From an uncultured bacterium (GTDB lineage Bacteria; Cyanobacteriota; Vampirovibrionia; Gastranaerophilales; Gastranaerophilaceae), in contig CACYVN010000005.1 in NCBI GenBank assembly GCA_902777855.1, positions 6,320 to 70,319 on the forward strand: a stretch of 64,000 nt of DNA, given 5' to 3'. A model generated the notes under the pieces. It was not told the origin of the DNA and did no database searches. It saw only the letters and a list, made by a program, of their open reading frames with translations. Made by a program: the position numbers and the translations under genes. How positions within the stretch are numbered: position 1 is the stretch's first letter; every line of letters starts with the position of its first letter. This document shows positions 9,462 through 17,897 of this stretch, piece after piece.

Positions 9462-9606
9462 CAAGCCGAGCAGAGCCACAAATTCATTAGTGAGAGCCGA
9501 CAATTATGCCTGCAATGAATATTCAGGCTAATTGGAGGCGGTGGCGTTTACTGCGAGGCGCAGTAGTCTGCCACGTTGCAGAAAATCCATTTTTACTGCA
9601 ACGTAT
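9462..9606 (-). ncRNA. Candidate structured RNA / cassette body between the two tRNA-Leu 3'-end copies
   Basis: 145 nt, GC-richer than its surroundings, no credible ORF. On the minus strand it has an 8-bp hairpin cgttgcag/ctgcaacg. It also has a nested helix gtggc..(actgcg-cct-cgcagt)..gccac and a 7-bp attcatt/aatgaat helix. It ends in a tRNA-like 3' end plus a terminator. I did not recognise its family. Confidence 0.25.
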
Positions 9607-9632
9607 AAAAGACCTCATTTTTGAGGTCTTTT
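9605..9632 (-). terminator. Intrinsic terminator of tRNA-Leu
   Basis: Minus strand: agacctca-aaaa-tgaggtct followed by a T-run. Confidence 0.75.
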
Positions 9633-9640
9633 AATAGAAT

Positions 9641-9727
9641 TGCTCCAGGCCAGACTTGAACTGGCACCGAGGTTGAGCCCCGATTGGATTTTAAGTCCAA
9701 CGCGTCTACCGATTCCGCCACTGGAGC
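9641..9727 (-). tRNA. tRNA-Leu (anticodon UAA), type II with long variable arm
   Basis: Minus strand: GCTCCAG TG GCG-GAATCGGTAGA-CGC G TTGGA CTTAAAA TCCAA (variable arm) GCCAG TTCAAGT CTGGC CTGGAGC A. The cloverleaf is fully paired. CCA is not encoded. Confidence 0.92.
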
Positions 9728-9769
9728 ACGGTTTGTGTTATTTAATTGTCAATTTTGTTCTGCTTGAGT

Positions 9770-9832
9770 GCGTCTACCGACCTCTCGAAAAACAATACTT
9801 AATTGTTTTTCTCGGCAGAGTGCCACTGGAGC
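9770..9832 (-). pseudogene. tRNA-Leu 5' fragment (acceptor 5' strand plus D-arm) with a 41-nt insertion in the D-loop
   Basis: GCTCCAGTGGC (9832-9822) and TCGGTAGACGC (9780-9770) are identical to the tRNA. The GGAA of the D-loop is replaced by 41 nt (9781-9821) containing a 10-bp hairpin. The upstream 25 nt (9833-9857) duplicate 9728-9752 with 2 mismatches. Confidence 0.7.
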
Positions 9833-9907
9833 ACGGTTTGTATTATTTAGTTGTCAAACTTGCCCAATCAAGCAACAAATAGATAGTATTATAAACATTC
9901 ACCGATG

Positions 9908-11113
9908 TCAAACGCAAAATTCCCTGAAATATTCTTCAAATTCCTTTAACTTTTCACCTAACAAGTCAATCAAGTTCAATAAATGTGCTTTTACTGTTGG
10001 CAAATTTTCACACCTTTGACCCAAAAGTCCGGATTTTACATTTGAAAAAAGCAAATTTTGAAACATTTTTATCTGTTTATAAATATTTCCATCAATATAA
10101 TCTTTTCCATCAGCAAGCATTATGAAAAGTTCTCCGGTAATTTCTTTTGATTTTAAATATTTTTTTCTTAACATCTGTTCCTGAATATTTCTTAAATAGT
10201 CCATAATATTTTCATAAACAGAGTATATTTTCTGTTTTTTTACAGGAAGTTTATTTTTTAAATATTCTTTTGCCGCATTATAACCGGCATCAATTATTGC
10301 ACGTCTTTTTTCGGCTGTGCAATTAAAATCAAAAACCATCGCATCTCCGGTATTGATTACAATATAATCGTACATGTCATTATCGCCATAGATATCTTTT
10401 ATAAATGAGGTTTCACTAAATGTCATGCATGAATAAATCCCGTTTACATAATCTAAAGGATTAGTATCATCCCCGCTGAATTGCCCCTCAAGACGAATCT
10501 CACAAATTCTGTTTTTTGACTCTCTCAGGCTTTTAGACAAATACCACATCGGTTTGCCTTTCATCAAATCTCCGTCAACAAGCAATTTATCGTCAATATT
10601 GACCGCTCTCATAAGTCCGGGGGCACAGCATGAAATACGAACTGCCATCGCCACTTCAAATTCAGGTGTTTCATAAGTTGAAAACTCACAGCAGGAAAAA
10701 TCCTTCATGTTTGTTGAAATAATATACAAATCTTTGATTAAATCTTTAAAACGTACAGGTGCATTTTCACCTTTTTGATAGTTATCACCGTAAAATTTCT
10801 TTTCAATAAGTTCTTTCATCCAGTCAAGAAAGACCTCACCTTTACTCAATGCAAATTTGACATTAAAGCCCAACGAAATATCTCTGAAAAGTTCAAAATT
10901 TACCCCTAAAAATATATCTTCAATTTCTTCAGTTGTATATCCTACAGCAAGTAATGCAGCAACCATTGATCCCACAGACGAACCGCCTAAACTTTCAAAA
11001 GTTATGCCAAATTCCTCAAAAGCTTTCAGTGCACCGACATGCCCTGCACCTCTTATTGCTCCGCCTCCAAATAAACACGTGTATTTTAAACTCTCTAAAT
11101 TCTTCATAAGCAA
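9908..11113 (-). CDS. Patatin-like phospholipase with long C-terminal extension
   Basis: GGGAIRGAGHVG oxyanion motif, GSSVG nucleophile elbow, LLVDGDL catalytic Asp motif. About 170 aa of unknown C-terminal region. Confidence 0.85.
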   Translation of the reverse strand: MLMKNLESLKYTCLFGGGAIRGAGHVGALKAFEEFGITFESLGGSSVGSMVAALLAVGYTTEEIEDIFLGVNFELFRDISLGFNVKFALSKGEVFLDWMKELIEKKFYGDNYQKGENAPVRFKDLIKDLYIISTNMKDFSCCEFSTYETPEFEVAMAVRISCCAPGLMRAVNIDDKLLVDGDLMKGKPMWYLSKSLRESKNRICEIRLEGQFSGDDTNPLDYVNGIYSCMTFSETSFIKDIYGDNDMYDYIVINTGDAMVFDFNCTAEKRRAIIDAGYNAAKEYLKNKLPVKKQKIYSVYENIMDYLRNIQEQMLRKKYLKSKEITGELFIMLADGKDYIDGNIYKQIKMFQNLLFSNVKSGLLGQRCENLPTVKAHLLNLIDLLGEKLKEFEEYFREFCV

Positions 11114-11130
11114 ATGATAACATAAAAAAA

Positions 11131-11952
11131 TTAGTATTTACCCCCTATTTGTTCCCAAATTTTTTCTGCATATTCCGGTAGCTTTTCTCCACACATTTTT
11201 TTACCAAAAATCTGTGCAAATGTTTCACCTTCGCATTTTGTATAATACTTCCCTCCCAAATACTTTGTTAAATCATCTTTTACAGGAGATATTATTTTTT
11301 TAAATTTTAAACTGCCGAATAACTCATTGAAAATATTTGAAACAGTTAAATGAATGCCATGACCTATTTCATGATATAAAGTCAATAATCTGTTATCCAA
11401 GTAGCCCAATTTCTTTACTTTTTCGAAATCTTTCTCAAAAGCTTTACCGAAGTAAATTTTTGATAATTGAACAGTTCGCGTAAATGGATTATACCTTCCT
11501 TGTAATTCTTCGCACCAAAATTTGTGTATTTTAATTTCTTTAGGCAATAATACTTTCCCCTTTGTTTTGTTCGATAAATTTACTAAAGCTTCGTTTATCC
11601 AATTTGCTGTTTTTAACTGCCCATCAACATTAAGTTTTACACCAAGATTATCTTTAGCAAATTTTATTGCATCCTCTATTTTATCTGCTTTTACAAAATC
11701 AATATGCTCTGCAAGTTCTTTAACCGACTTTGGATTCCACTTTTTAAACAATAAAAAACCTGCGGTAATGGCTCCTAAACCTGAAATTAAACCTATTATT
11801 GCTTTAGTATTTTTAGGGGAACTTTTTTCTTGATTACTTCCAAAAGAAATACTATTGTTTTGATAAATTGTATTATTATAATGTTTGTTTTTTGTATTAA
11901 ATAAAATATTATTGTATAAATATTTGTTATAACAAATTCCTTCTATAGGCAT
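11131..11952 (-). CDS. Membrane-anchored protein with HExxH (zinc metallopeptidase-like) motif
   Basis: One TM helix (IIGLISGLGAITAGFLLF). LYHEIGHGIH motif near the C-terminal third. Lies 17 nt upstream of the patatin gene on the same strand. Confidence 0.5.
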   Translation of the reverse strand: MPIEGICYNKYLYNNILFNTKNKHYNNTIYQNNSISFGSNQEKSSPKNTKAIIGLISGLGAITAGFLLFKKWNPKSVKELAEHIDFVKADKIEDAIKFAKDNLGVKLNVDGQLKTANWINEALVNLSNKTKGKVLLPKEIKIHKFWCEELQGRYNPFTRTVQLSKIYFGKAFEKDFEKVKKLGYLDNRLLTLYHEIGHGIHLTVSNIFNELFGSLKFKKIISPVKDDLTKYLGGKYYTKCEGETFAQIFGKKMCGEKLPEYAEKIWEQIGGKY

Positions 11953-12053
11953 AAAAATTTCCCTTTATACGCATTAACCTTAAATTTATAAAGTATTTCT
12001 TTTCTTAAAAATTGCGTTATAGAAAAAATATGTAAAGAAATATAAAAGTGCAT

Positions 12054-12081
12054 AAAAAAAGATTGGCTCATCACCAATCTT
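12054..12081 (-). terminator. Intrinsic terminator after the 12104-12403 gene
   Basis: Minus strand: aagattgg-tgatgag-ccaatctt followed by a T-run. Confidence 0.7.
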
Positions 12082-12103
12082 TCCTGTTTTTCATATTTTA
12101 TAA

Positions 12104-12403
12104 CTATGCAGCTTTTGAACCTTTGATTTCTCTGATTAGGTATTGTGCTACCCATTCAAAATCTTTGTTATTTTTTGCTGCTTCTTTAAGATATTCAACA
12201 GATGCATCGCCGATTCTGATTAAAGTCATCGCAACAACGCCTCTTTTGATACCTCTAACAATCTGTAATCTGTCAACAAGACTTGGAACCGCATCAGAAC
12301 CGATGCTTACAAGTTCGTTTTCAACTTTGTTTTTTGTTGTGTTATCTACGTTATCCAATTCAATTAATGCTTCTTTTAATGTGCACATCTTTATCTTCTC
12401 CAT
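12104..12403 (-). CDS. Small HEAT-repeat-like protein
   Basis: 99 aa. SDAVPSLVDRLQ...GVVAMTLIRIGDASVEYLKEAAKN resembles PBS-lyase/HEAT-like repeats. Confidence 0.45.
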   Translation of the reverse strand: MEKIKMCTLKEALIELDNVDNTTKNKVENELVSIGSDAVPSLVDRLQIVRGIKRGVVAMTLIRIGDASVEYLKEAAKNNKDFEWVAQYLIREIKGSKAA

Positions 12404-12501
12404 ATAAATCTTATTTACATTCTTATTATAAAGTAAATTTTAACGATATTAAGATTTCATTACATAATCTTTATATCTTGGAGAAAATATTAATATCTTC
12501 T

Positions 12502-14388
12502 TTACATCTGAATTCTGTGTTTATCTAAAAGCACCATTAAAACAGAAATATCTGCAGGTTTTATGCCGCCGATGCGTGAAGCCTGAGCCAAATCCTTGGG
12601 GCGAATTTTTGACAGTTTGTCTTTTGTTTCCGATGAAATATGATCGATTTTTGAATAATCAATACTTTCTGGTATTTTAAATTTTTCAAGTTTGCCGGCG
12701 TTATTAACCTGTTCCTCCTGACGTTTAATATAGCCGTCATACTTCACGATAACTTCTATCTGCTCGTAAACATCTCTCGGAATATTCAAATCAGCCGTAC
12801 CCTTATCAAGCTCCTGTAAAATTTTGTAACTGATATTAGGGCGTTTTAAAAGTTCTGAGGCTCTCATGCCCCGCTCTAAATGTTCGCCGTATTTTGACAA
12901 AATTTTATTAACTTCCTCATTTGCAGGAATTTTTACACCTTCAAGCCGTTTACTTTCCTCTTTTATAAGCCGTTGTTTTTCTTCAAAACGGAAGTACTGC
13001 GCATCATCAATTAAACCAAGTTTGTGCCCTATGGGGGTTAATCTTTCATCCGCATTATCCTGTCTTAATAAAAGTCTGTATTCCGAACGTGATGTGAGCA
13101 TCCTGTAAGGATCCTGAATATCTTTTGTAACCAAATCATCTATCAATGTTCCGGTATAAGATGAACTTCTTGGCAGCTCAAGCATTTCAGAACCATTAAT
13201 ATAATTAAATGCATTAATACCCGCGATTAAACCCTGCGCTGCAGCTTCCTCATACCCGCTTGTGCCGTTAATCTGACCGCCAAAGAAAAGACCTTTAATC
13301 TTTTTTGACATCAGTGAATGAGTTGTCTGAATGGCAGGAACATAGTCATATTCAACCGCATATGCAGGTTTGATGATATGAGCGTTTTCAAGCCCCGGCA
13401 GAGTGCGCAGCATTCTGACCTGAACATCATAAGGAAGACTCGTTGAAAATCCTTGTATATATGTTTCGTAAGTACCTAAGCCTTCAGGCTCAATAAAAAT
13501 GTGGTGTGAGGGATTAGAAGCAAAGCGTACAACCTTATCCTCAATTGACGGGCAGTATCTCGGGCCGACACCGTGAATTAACCCCTGATACATTGGCGAT
13601 TTATCAAGATTTTCTTTGATAATTTTGTGCGTTTCTTCGTTAGTTTTTGTCAAATAGCACGGGTAAGTCTTTCTTATCGGACGATTTGGTCTGAAGGAAA
13701 AGAAATTTAATTCCTCATCTCCAGGTTGAATAATCATTTTTGAATAATCAATTGTTCGTTTATCCACTCTGGCAGGAGTGCCTGTTTTTAATTTCTTTGT
13801 TTCTATTCCCAATTTATGCAGACTATCAGATAAACCGATAGCGGCTTTTTCTCCTAATCGGCCTGCGCTGAAGGATTTTAATCCGACAAAAATTCTGCCT
13901 TCTAAAGAAGTCCCTGTTGTCAAAACAACCGCTCTTGCACTGTATTCTGCGCCAAATTCATCCACAGCACCCGTAATTTCTCCGTTTTCAACTTTTAATT
14001 CCGTTATGCAGCACTGTTTTATGAAAACATTTTCGTTGGTTTCAAGCAAATTGCGCATATATCTTGAATATTCCGCTTTATCAGACTGAGCTCTTAAAGC
14101 TCTGACGGCGGGACCCTTTGATGAATTTAGTGTTTTCATCTGCAAATATGTCGCATCTGTTACTTCCCCCATAACTCCTCCCAATGCATCAATTTCACGC
14201 ACCAAAGTAGACTTTGCGGGACCCCCGACTGCCGGATTGCAGGGCTGAAGGGCAATATTTTCGACATTTAGTGTAGTAAGAAGAACTTTTAAACCCAATT
14301 TTGCGCACGCCAAAACGGCTTCGCAACCTGCGTGACCGCCCCCTACTACAATTACATCATATTTATTGTTTAAGTAACCTGTGTACAT
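12502..14388 (-). CDS. mnmG: tRNA uridine 5-carboxymethylaminomethyl modification enzyme MnmG (GidA)
   Basis: YDVIVVGGGHAGCEA FAD motif, and the family is recognisable along the full length. The ORF track starts at a TTG (14415). The ATG at 14388 (MYTGYLNNKYDVIVVGGG) fits the usual N-terminus. Confidence 0.95.
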   Translation of the reverse strand: MYTGYLNNKYDVIVVGGGHAGCEAVLACAKLGLKVLLTTLNVENIALQPCNPAVGGPAKSTLVREIDALGGVMGEVTDATYLQMKTLNSSKGPAVRALRAQSDKAEYSRYMRNLLETNENVFIKQCCITELKVENGEITGAVDEFGAEYSARAVVLTTGTSLEGRIFVGLKSFSAGRLGEKAAIGLSDSLHKLGIETKKLKTGTPARVDKRTIDYSKMIIQPGDEELNFFSFRPNRPIRKTYPCYLTKTNEETHKIIKENLDKSPMYQGLIHGVGPRYCPSIEDKVVRFASNPSHHIFIEPEGLGTYETYIQGFSTSLPYDVQVRMLRTLPGLENAHIIKPAYAVEYDYVPAIQTTHSLMSKKIKGLFFGGQINGTSGYEEAAAQGLIAGINAFNYINGSEMLELPRSSSYTGTLIDDLVTKDIQDPYRMLTSRSEYRLLLRQDNADERLTPIGHKLGLIDDAQYFRFEEKQRLIKEESKRLEGVKIPANEEVNKILSKYGEHLERGMRASELLKRPNISYKILQELDKGTADLNIPRDVYEQIEVIVKYDGYIKRQEEQVNNAGKLEKFKIPESIDYSKIDHISSETKDKLSKIRPKDLAQASRIGGIKPADISVLMVLLDKHRIQM

Positions 14389-14421
14389 AAACACATTATA
14401 AAATAAACATGACAAATTGTT

Positions 14422-14766
14422 TTATGAAAAGAGTTTACCGCCGTCTAAAAATCCGATAAGCAAAACCATTGCATAAACAACATCAATCAATATTACTGTT
14501 GTATTTGCAATATGGCTTGTATGGTTCTCTCTTTCGGTATCTTTAATCCCGATAATTGAAATTGCAAGCGGAAATATTGAAAGTAAAATCGCTTTGCATG
14601 CTGTCTGAACTATATTTGTTGCATTATGAAAATCTATTGTAAATAACAATGCAAGTACAGGGCATATACAAAAAATTATTGCAAGAATGTCATAAGGTTT
14701 TGTTGTGTGTTTATTTTCGCATGTACATTCCTGACAGTTGCATTGGTTCATTTCTTCTTCGCTCAT
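14422..14766 (-). CDS. Small membrane protein with Cys-rich N-terminus
   Basis: The ATG at 14766 is preceded by aggag (MSEEEMNQCNCQECTCENKH...). Three hydrophobic helices follow. The ORF track extends to 14820. Confidence 0.5.
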   Translation of the reverse strand: MSEEEMNQCNCQECTCENKHTTKPYDILAIIFCICPVLALLFTIDFHNATNIVQTACKAILLSIFPLAISIIGIKDTERENHTSHIANTTVILIDVVYAMVLLIGFLDGGKLFS

Positions 14767-14835
14767 AATAAACTCCTGTGTATTAAATCTGACAAGGTTA
14801 AGTATAACAAAAATCCGCACCGTTGTAAAGACAAT

Positions 14836-14858
14836 AAAAAGCCGGCTCTTTGAGCCGG
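14836..14858 (-). terminator. Intrinsic terminator after the 14909-15061 small ORF
   Basis: ccggctc-ttt-gagccgg hairpin, T-run on the minus strand. Confidence 0.7.
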
Positions 14859-14908
14859 TATTATAAAACTCTCTTCTTATTTTTCAGTTATCACTCTCGT
14901 TGCAAAAT

Positions 14909-15061
14909 TTACTTCACTGCCCGCAGATTTGCTTTTACTCCTGCATTTGAATTTACTTCGGAAGCAAGAGAATAAGCCATTGCCCTGCGTTTTTTTGCTC
15001 CTCTTAATATTAATTCAACACTCTGACATCTACTGTATGATGGTGTTGTTATCTTCTGCAT
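14909..15061 (-). CDS. Small basic hypothetical protein (50 aa)
   Basis: Below the ORF-track cutoff. ggagataaaaattATG Shine-Dalgarno. MQKITTPSYSRCQSVELILRGAKKRRAMAYSLASEVNSNAGVKANLRAVK. Has its own terminator. Confidence 0.45.
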   Translation of the reverse strand: MQKITTPSYSRCQSVELILRGAKKRRAMAYSLASEVNSNAGVKANLRAVK

Positions 15062-15203
15062 AATTTTTATCTCCATAAAAACTGATTACAAATAAAATAT
15101 CGACACACACCAAATAAAACTTTAAAAAAGTATATACGATTTTAACAATTATTAATAAAATAATTGACTTGCAACAACCGAAAAATAAGTCTATAATCTC
15201 AAT

Positions 15204-16178
15204 ATGATTGTAATAAGAAGATTAAATTGTTTTGATAATCCAAAACTAAAAAAATTGATTTCGTATCTTTGTAATGATGAAGATGACAAACTTGCAAAAA
15301 ATCTTATGCAGGAACCTTTGGGAATCATCAATGCAATGATGCCCCTTTCAATGAAATTTCGTTCTGAATCATTTATTCTGACAGAAGATAAAGATATATT
15401 AGGGCTGATTACAGCTGTATGCACTCCGGGGAATCCATACAAAATTAATATTACAAGGTTGATTTTTAAAGAAAACAGATACGAAATCGGTAAGCAACTT
15501 GTGGAATTTCTAATTCAAAAACTCGGAGGGAAAGGTGCAAATACATTCAGTGTTGTAATTGATGAATGCCATAACGAACTTTTTGACTTGTTTGTAAACG
15601 GATGCGGCTTCAGACAGTGTTCATCGGAGACATTGTGGAAAATTGAACATCCTATTCCGCAAAAAACTGATTTAAGATGGCGTTATGCACAAAGTTCCGA
15701 TGCAGATAAAATTGCACAATTATATAACGGAGAAGTCATAAATATTTATCAACCGTCACTTATAAGACATCCGAAAGAGTTTAAAAGTGCATTTTTTCAA
15801 GGATTTACAAAGTATTATAAAACAAGATATATATGTGAGGAAACAGATAAAATTTTAGGATATTTTTCTGTTACAACAGAGGATAATTTAAATTATATTC
15901 TTGATATAACCACAAACAGCGGATACGAACTGGAATATGACAAGATTATAAACGTTATGCTATGCGATATTGCAAGAAAAAAACACGCATTTTATCCGCT
16001 TATTAAACAAAAAAAATACACAAAAAATTCCCAAAAGCTTGAGGATTATCTTAAATCAAAAGGCTATACTCCTATCCAAACCAAACATATTTTGGTTAAA
16101 GATTTTTATCGCCCTGTTAAGGAAGAATCCAAGAATTGGAATGTTTTTGTGTTAGGTGAAAGTCAAATTTCAGGATAA
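15204..16178 (+). CDS. Hypothetical protein
   Basis: 324-aa ORF. No motif I can name with confidence. Confidence 0.5.
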   Translation: MIVIRRLNCFDNPKLKKLISYLCNDEDDKLAKNLMQEPLGIINAMMPLSMKFRSESFILTEDKDILGLITAVCTPGNPYKINITRLIFKENRYEIGKQLVEFLIQKLGGKGANTFSVVIDECHNELFDLFVNGCGFRQCSSETLWKIEHPIPQKTDLRWRYAQSSDADKIAQLYNGEVINIYQPSLIRHPKEFKSAFFQGFTKYYKTRYICEETDKILGYFSVTTEDNLNYILDITTNSGYELEYDKIINVMLCDIARKKHAFYPLIKQKKYTKNSQKLEDYLKSKGYTPIQTKHILVKDFYRPVKEESKNWNVFVLGESQISG

Positions 16179-16282
16179 ATAAAGCGCAAAACCCCGTATC
16201 CGTTTATGAAATTAAACGTAATATCTACACTAAAAAGCCTTCAAACTACCTTAAATTTTTCTTTAAAAACGAAAACGAATTT

Positions 16283-16375
16283 TTATCCTTCTGCGCTCAG
16301 TTCGTCCCAGATGCTTGGTACTACAATCAATGCAGTGTAAACGATGAACCCGAACAGGATTAAATTGATAGCCAT
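16283..16375 (-). CDS. Small hydrophobic peptide (30 aa)
   Basis: aggaggttatcATG Shine-Dalgarno. MAINLILFGFIVYTALIVVPSIWDELSAEG forms a single TM helix. Below the ORF-track cutoff. Confidence 0.4.
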   Translation of the reverse strand: MAINLILFGFIVYTALIVVPSIWDELSAEG

Positions 16376-16475
16376 GATAACCTCCTTTGGTTTCTCTTGC
16401 CATCATTTTCAGATAATAGTTAAATCATCCATTATTATTAATCCCAAAATTTGAATAAAAATAACATGAAATTTG

Positions 16476-17735
16476 CTAATCATATTTCCAGGGTAATCCA
16501 AATTTTTGATAATAGTATTTGATGAGCCTTTCAATATTCGGCAGTCCGACAACATGAGATAAATTTGCTTTTTTATCGTACAAAAAGTCGTGATAGCAAA
16601 CCTGATAATTATCGTAGCATGCCAAATCAACCCAGAAATTATCATGAGTCTTTCCTTTTTCGTAGTTCGGAATATTCTGGGCATAATATGGATTTGAATC
16701 AATTATTGTATTTACAAAATTCTTTCTTCCGTAGTGTTCAAGATAATTTCTTCTCGGATCATAATTTTGCGGGTTAGTTATAACTTTATGAATGGTATCT
16801 GCTAAAGATTCCGGGGTAAATTCTGGTACATATTCTCCCGCATTTCCGAAAAATACAGGGAAATCTCCTCTTGAATATTTATTGAAATCTTTAAAAACAA
16901 TTATGGGGACATCACAACTTTGTGATTCACTGATAAATCTGTTTTTACCTTCTATCAAGGAACCTAATACACAGCATTTTGATGCAGAATAATATTTTGA
17001 CAAATCTTTATAATCAATAAACGGATAAAAATCTATGTAATCTTTTGTTTTGCCTTCAAAAATTTCATCAACATAGCGAAGTTGTTTGCTCCCGTATTCT
17101 TCAACCTGAGAGTAATCTAACGAGCCGTCTTCACGTCTGACTGCCGTTCTTTTACCTATTGCATAAACAACTTTTAATCTTCTTCCGTATTTTCTTTCAT
17201 ATTCTTTAAGTGCAATAGCAATTAAAGGTAGATTTTTAACAGGAAACGGAGTTGACACACAAAAAACATCAATGGTTTTTGGAGTATAAGGTACAGGAGC
17301 AATGTAATATTCGTTTAAAAAGTCTGCATCCTGCAAAGGCAGGCAAATTACGTCTTTTGTTTCCGGATATTTATTTTTGAAATACTTTTCTCTTGCTTCA
17401 TTTTTATAGCAGGTAAAGAAGTAATCCGCTTTGTGATTCCTCGGATATGATGAGAACATTGAATTAGCTATTACAAAAAATATTTCGCTTAATTCCGGAA
17501 ATTTTTTCATAATAGTCCTTGTTGCCTGAGAATAAAATGCACCTTTTACAAGTTTACCTTTATATTTTAAAGGCGGGAAAGGTACAACCATGTTAAGATT
17601 GGCATGGAGTCTTTCTGTTTCTTCATATCGGTCTTCGAAACTATAATTGTCTATATCATCCCAAATTTGCTCTATCGGCTTATCAATATTCGGGTTATGC
17701 ATGTATGCTTCCGGCCACTCGTTAACCATTTTCAC
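16476..17735 (-). CDS. Hypothetical protein, GT-B glycosyltransferase-like C-terminal half
   Basis: IDVFCVSTPFPVKNLPLIAIALKEY...RLKVV and SLIEGKNRFISESQSCDVPIIV resemble the GT1/GT4 EX7E region. Weak, by eye only. Confidence 0.4.
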   Translation of the reverse strand: MKMVNEWPEAYMHNPNIDKPIEQIWDDIDNYSFEDRYEETERLHANLNMVVPFPPLKYKGKLVKGAFYSQATRTIMKKFPELSEIFFVIANSMFSSYPRNHKADYFFTCYKNEAREKYFKNKYPETKDVICLPLQDADFLNEYYIAPVPYTPKTIDVFCVSTPFPVKNLPLIAIALKEYERKYGRRLKVVYAIGKRTAVRREDGSLDYSQVEEYGSKQLRYVDEIFEGKTKDYIDFYPFIDYKDLSKYYSASKCCVLGSLIEGKNRFISESQSCDVPIIVFKDFNKYSRGDFPVFFGNAGEYVPEFTPESLADTIHKVITNPQNYDPRRNYLEHYGRKNFVNTIIDSNPYYAQNIPNYEKGKTHDNFWVDLACYDNYQVCYHDFLYDKKANLSHVVGLPNIERLIKYYYQKFGLPWKYD

Positions 17736-17861
17736 CTCCGAAAATATTTATCCATCATCCATAATAAAGTTTGCCATATTAACTGTCAATCAAAATCAGA
17801 CAAAATACTTCAACGGGATTATTTAATATTTGTAAATTATTACGAATGTGAAAATATTTAT

Positions 17862-17869
17862 TGTATAAT
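17862..17869 (+). promoter_or_regulatory. Possible extended -10 promoter element (TGTATAAT) upstream of kdsC
   Basis: Perfect TGnTATAAT 29 nt upstream of the kdsC ATG. No clear -35. Confidence 0.3.
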
Positions 17870-17897
17870 TATCTTGTAGTTTTTAAGGGATATTTTA

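Noticed and set aside
9462-9606. Considered whether the body downstream of tRNA-Leu is a tmRNA, SRP RNA, 6S RNA or RNase P RNA, because it ends in a tRNA-like 3' end.
   Set aside because: It is far too short for tmRNA or RNase P RNA. The tRNA-like end is a copy of tRNA-Leu, not Ala-like, and has no matching 5' acceptor strand. No plausible tag ORF ends in ..AA. No SRP domain IV (GGAA/AGCA) or RNase P GAGGAAAGUCC motif was seen. It is left as an unclassified candidate.
9640-10019. Plus-strand ORFs 9640-9882 and 9768-10019.
   Set aside because: They are translated across the antisense of tRNA-Leu and its duplicated fragments, and into the antisense of the patatin gene. They are artefacts of the repeat/tRNA sequence.
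12404-14500. Replication origin near mnmG (gidA).
   Set aside because: There is no dnaA/dnaN gene and no cluster of TTATCCACA-like boxes in the flanking intergenic regions.
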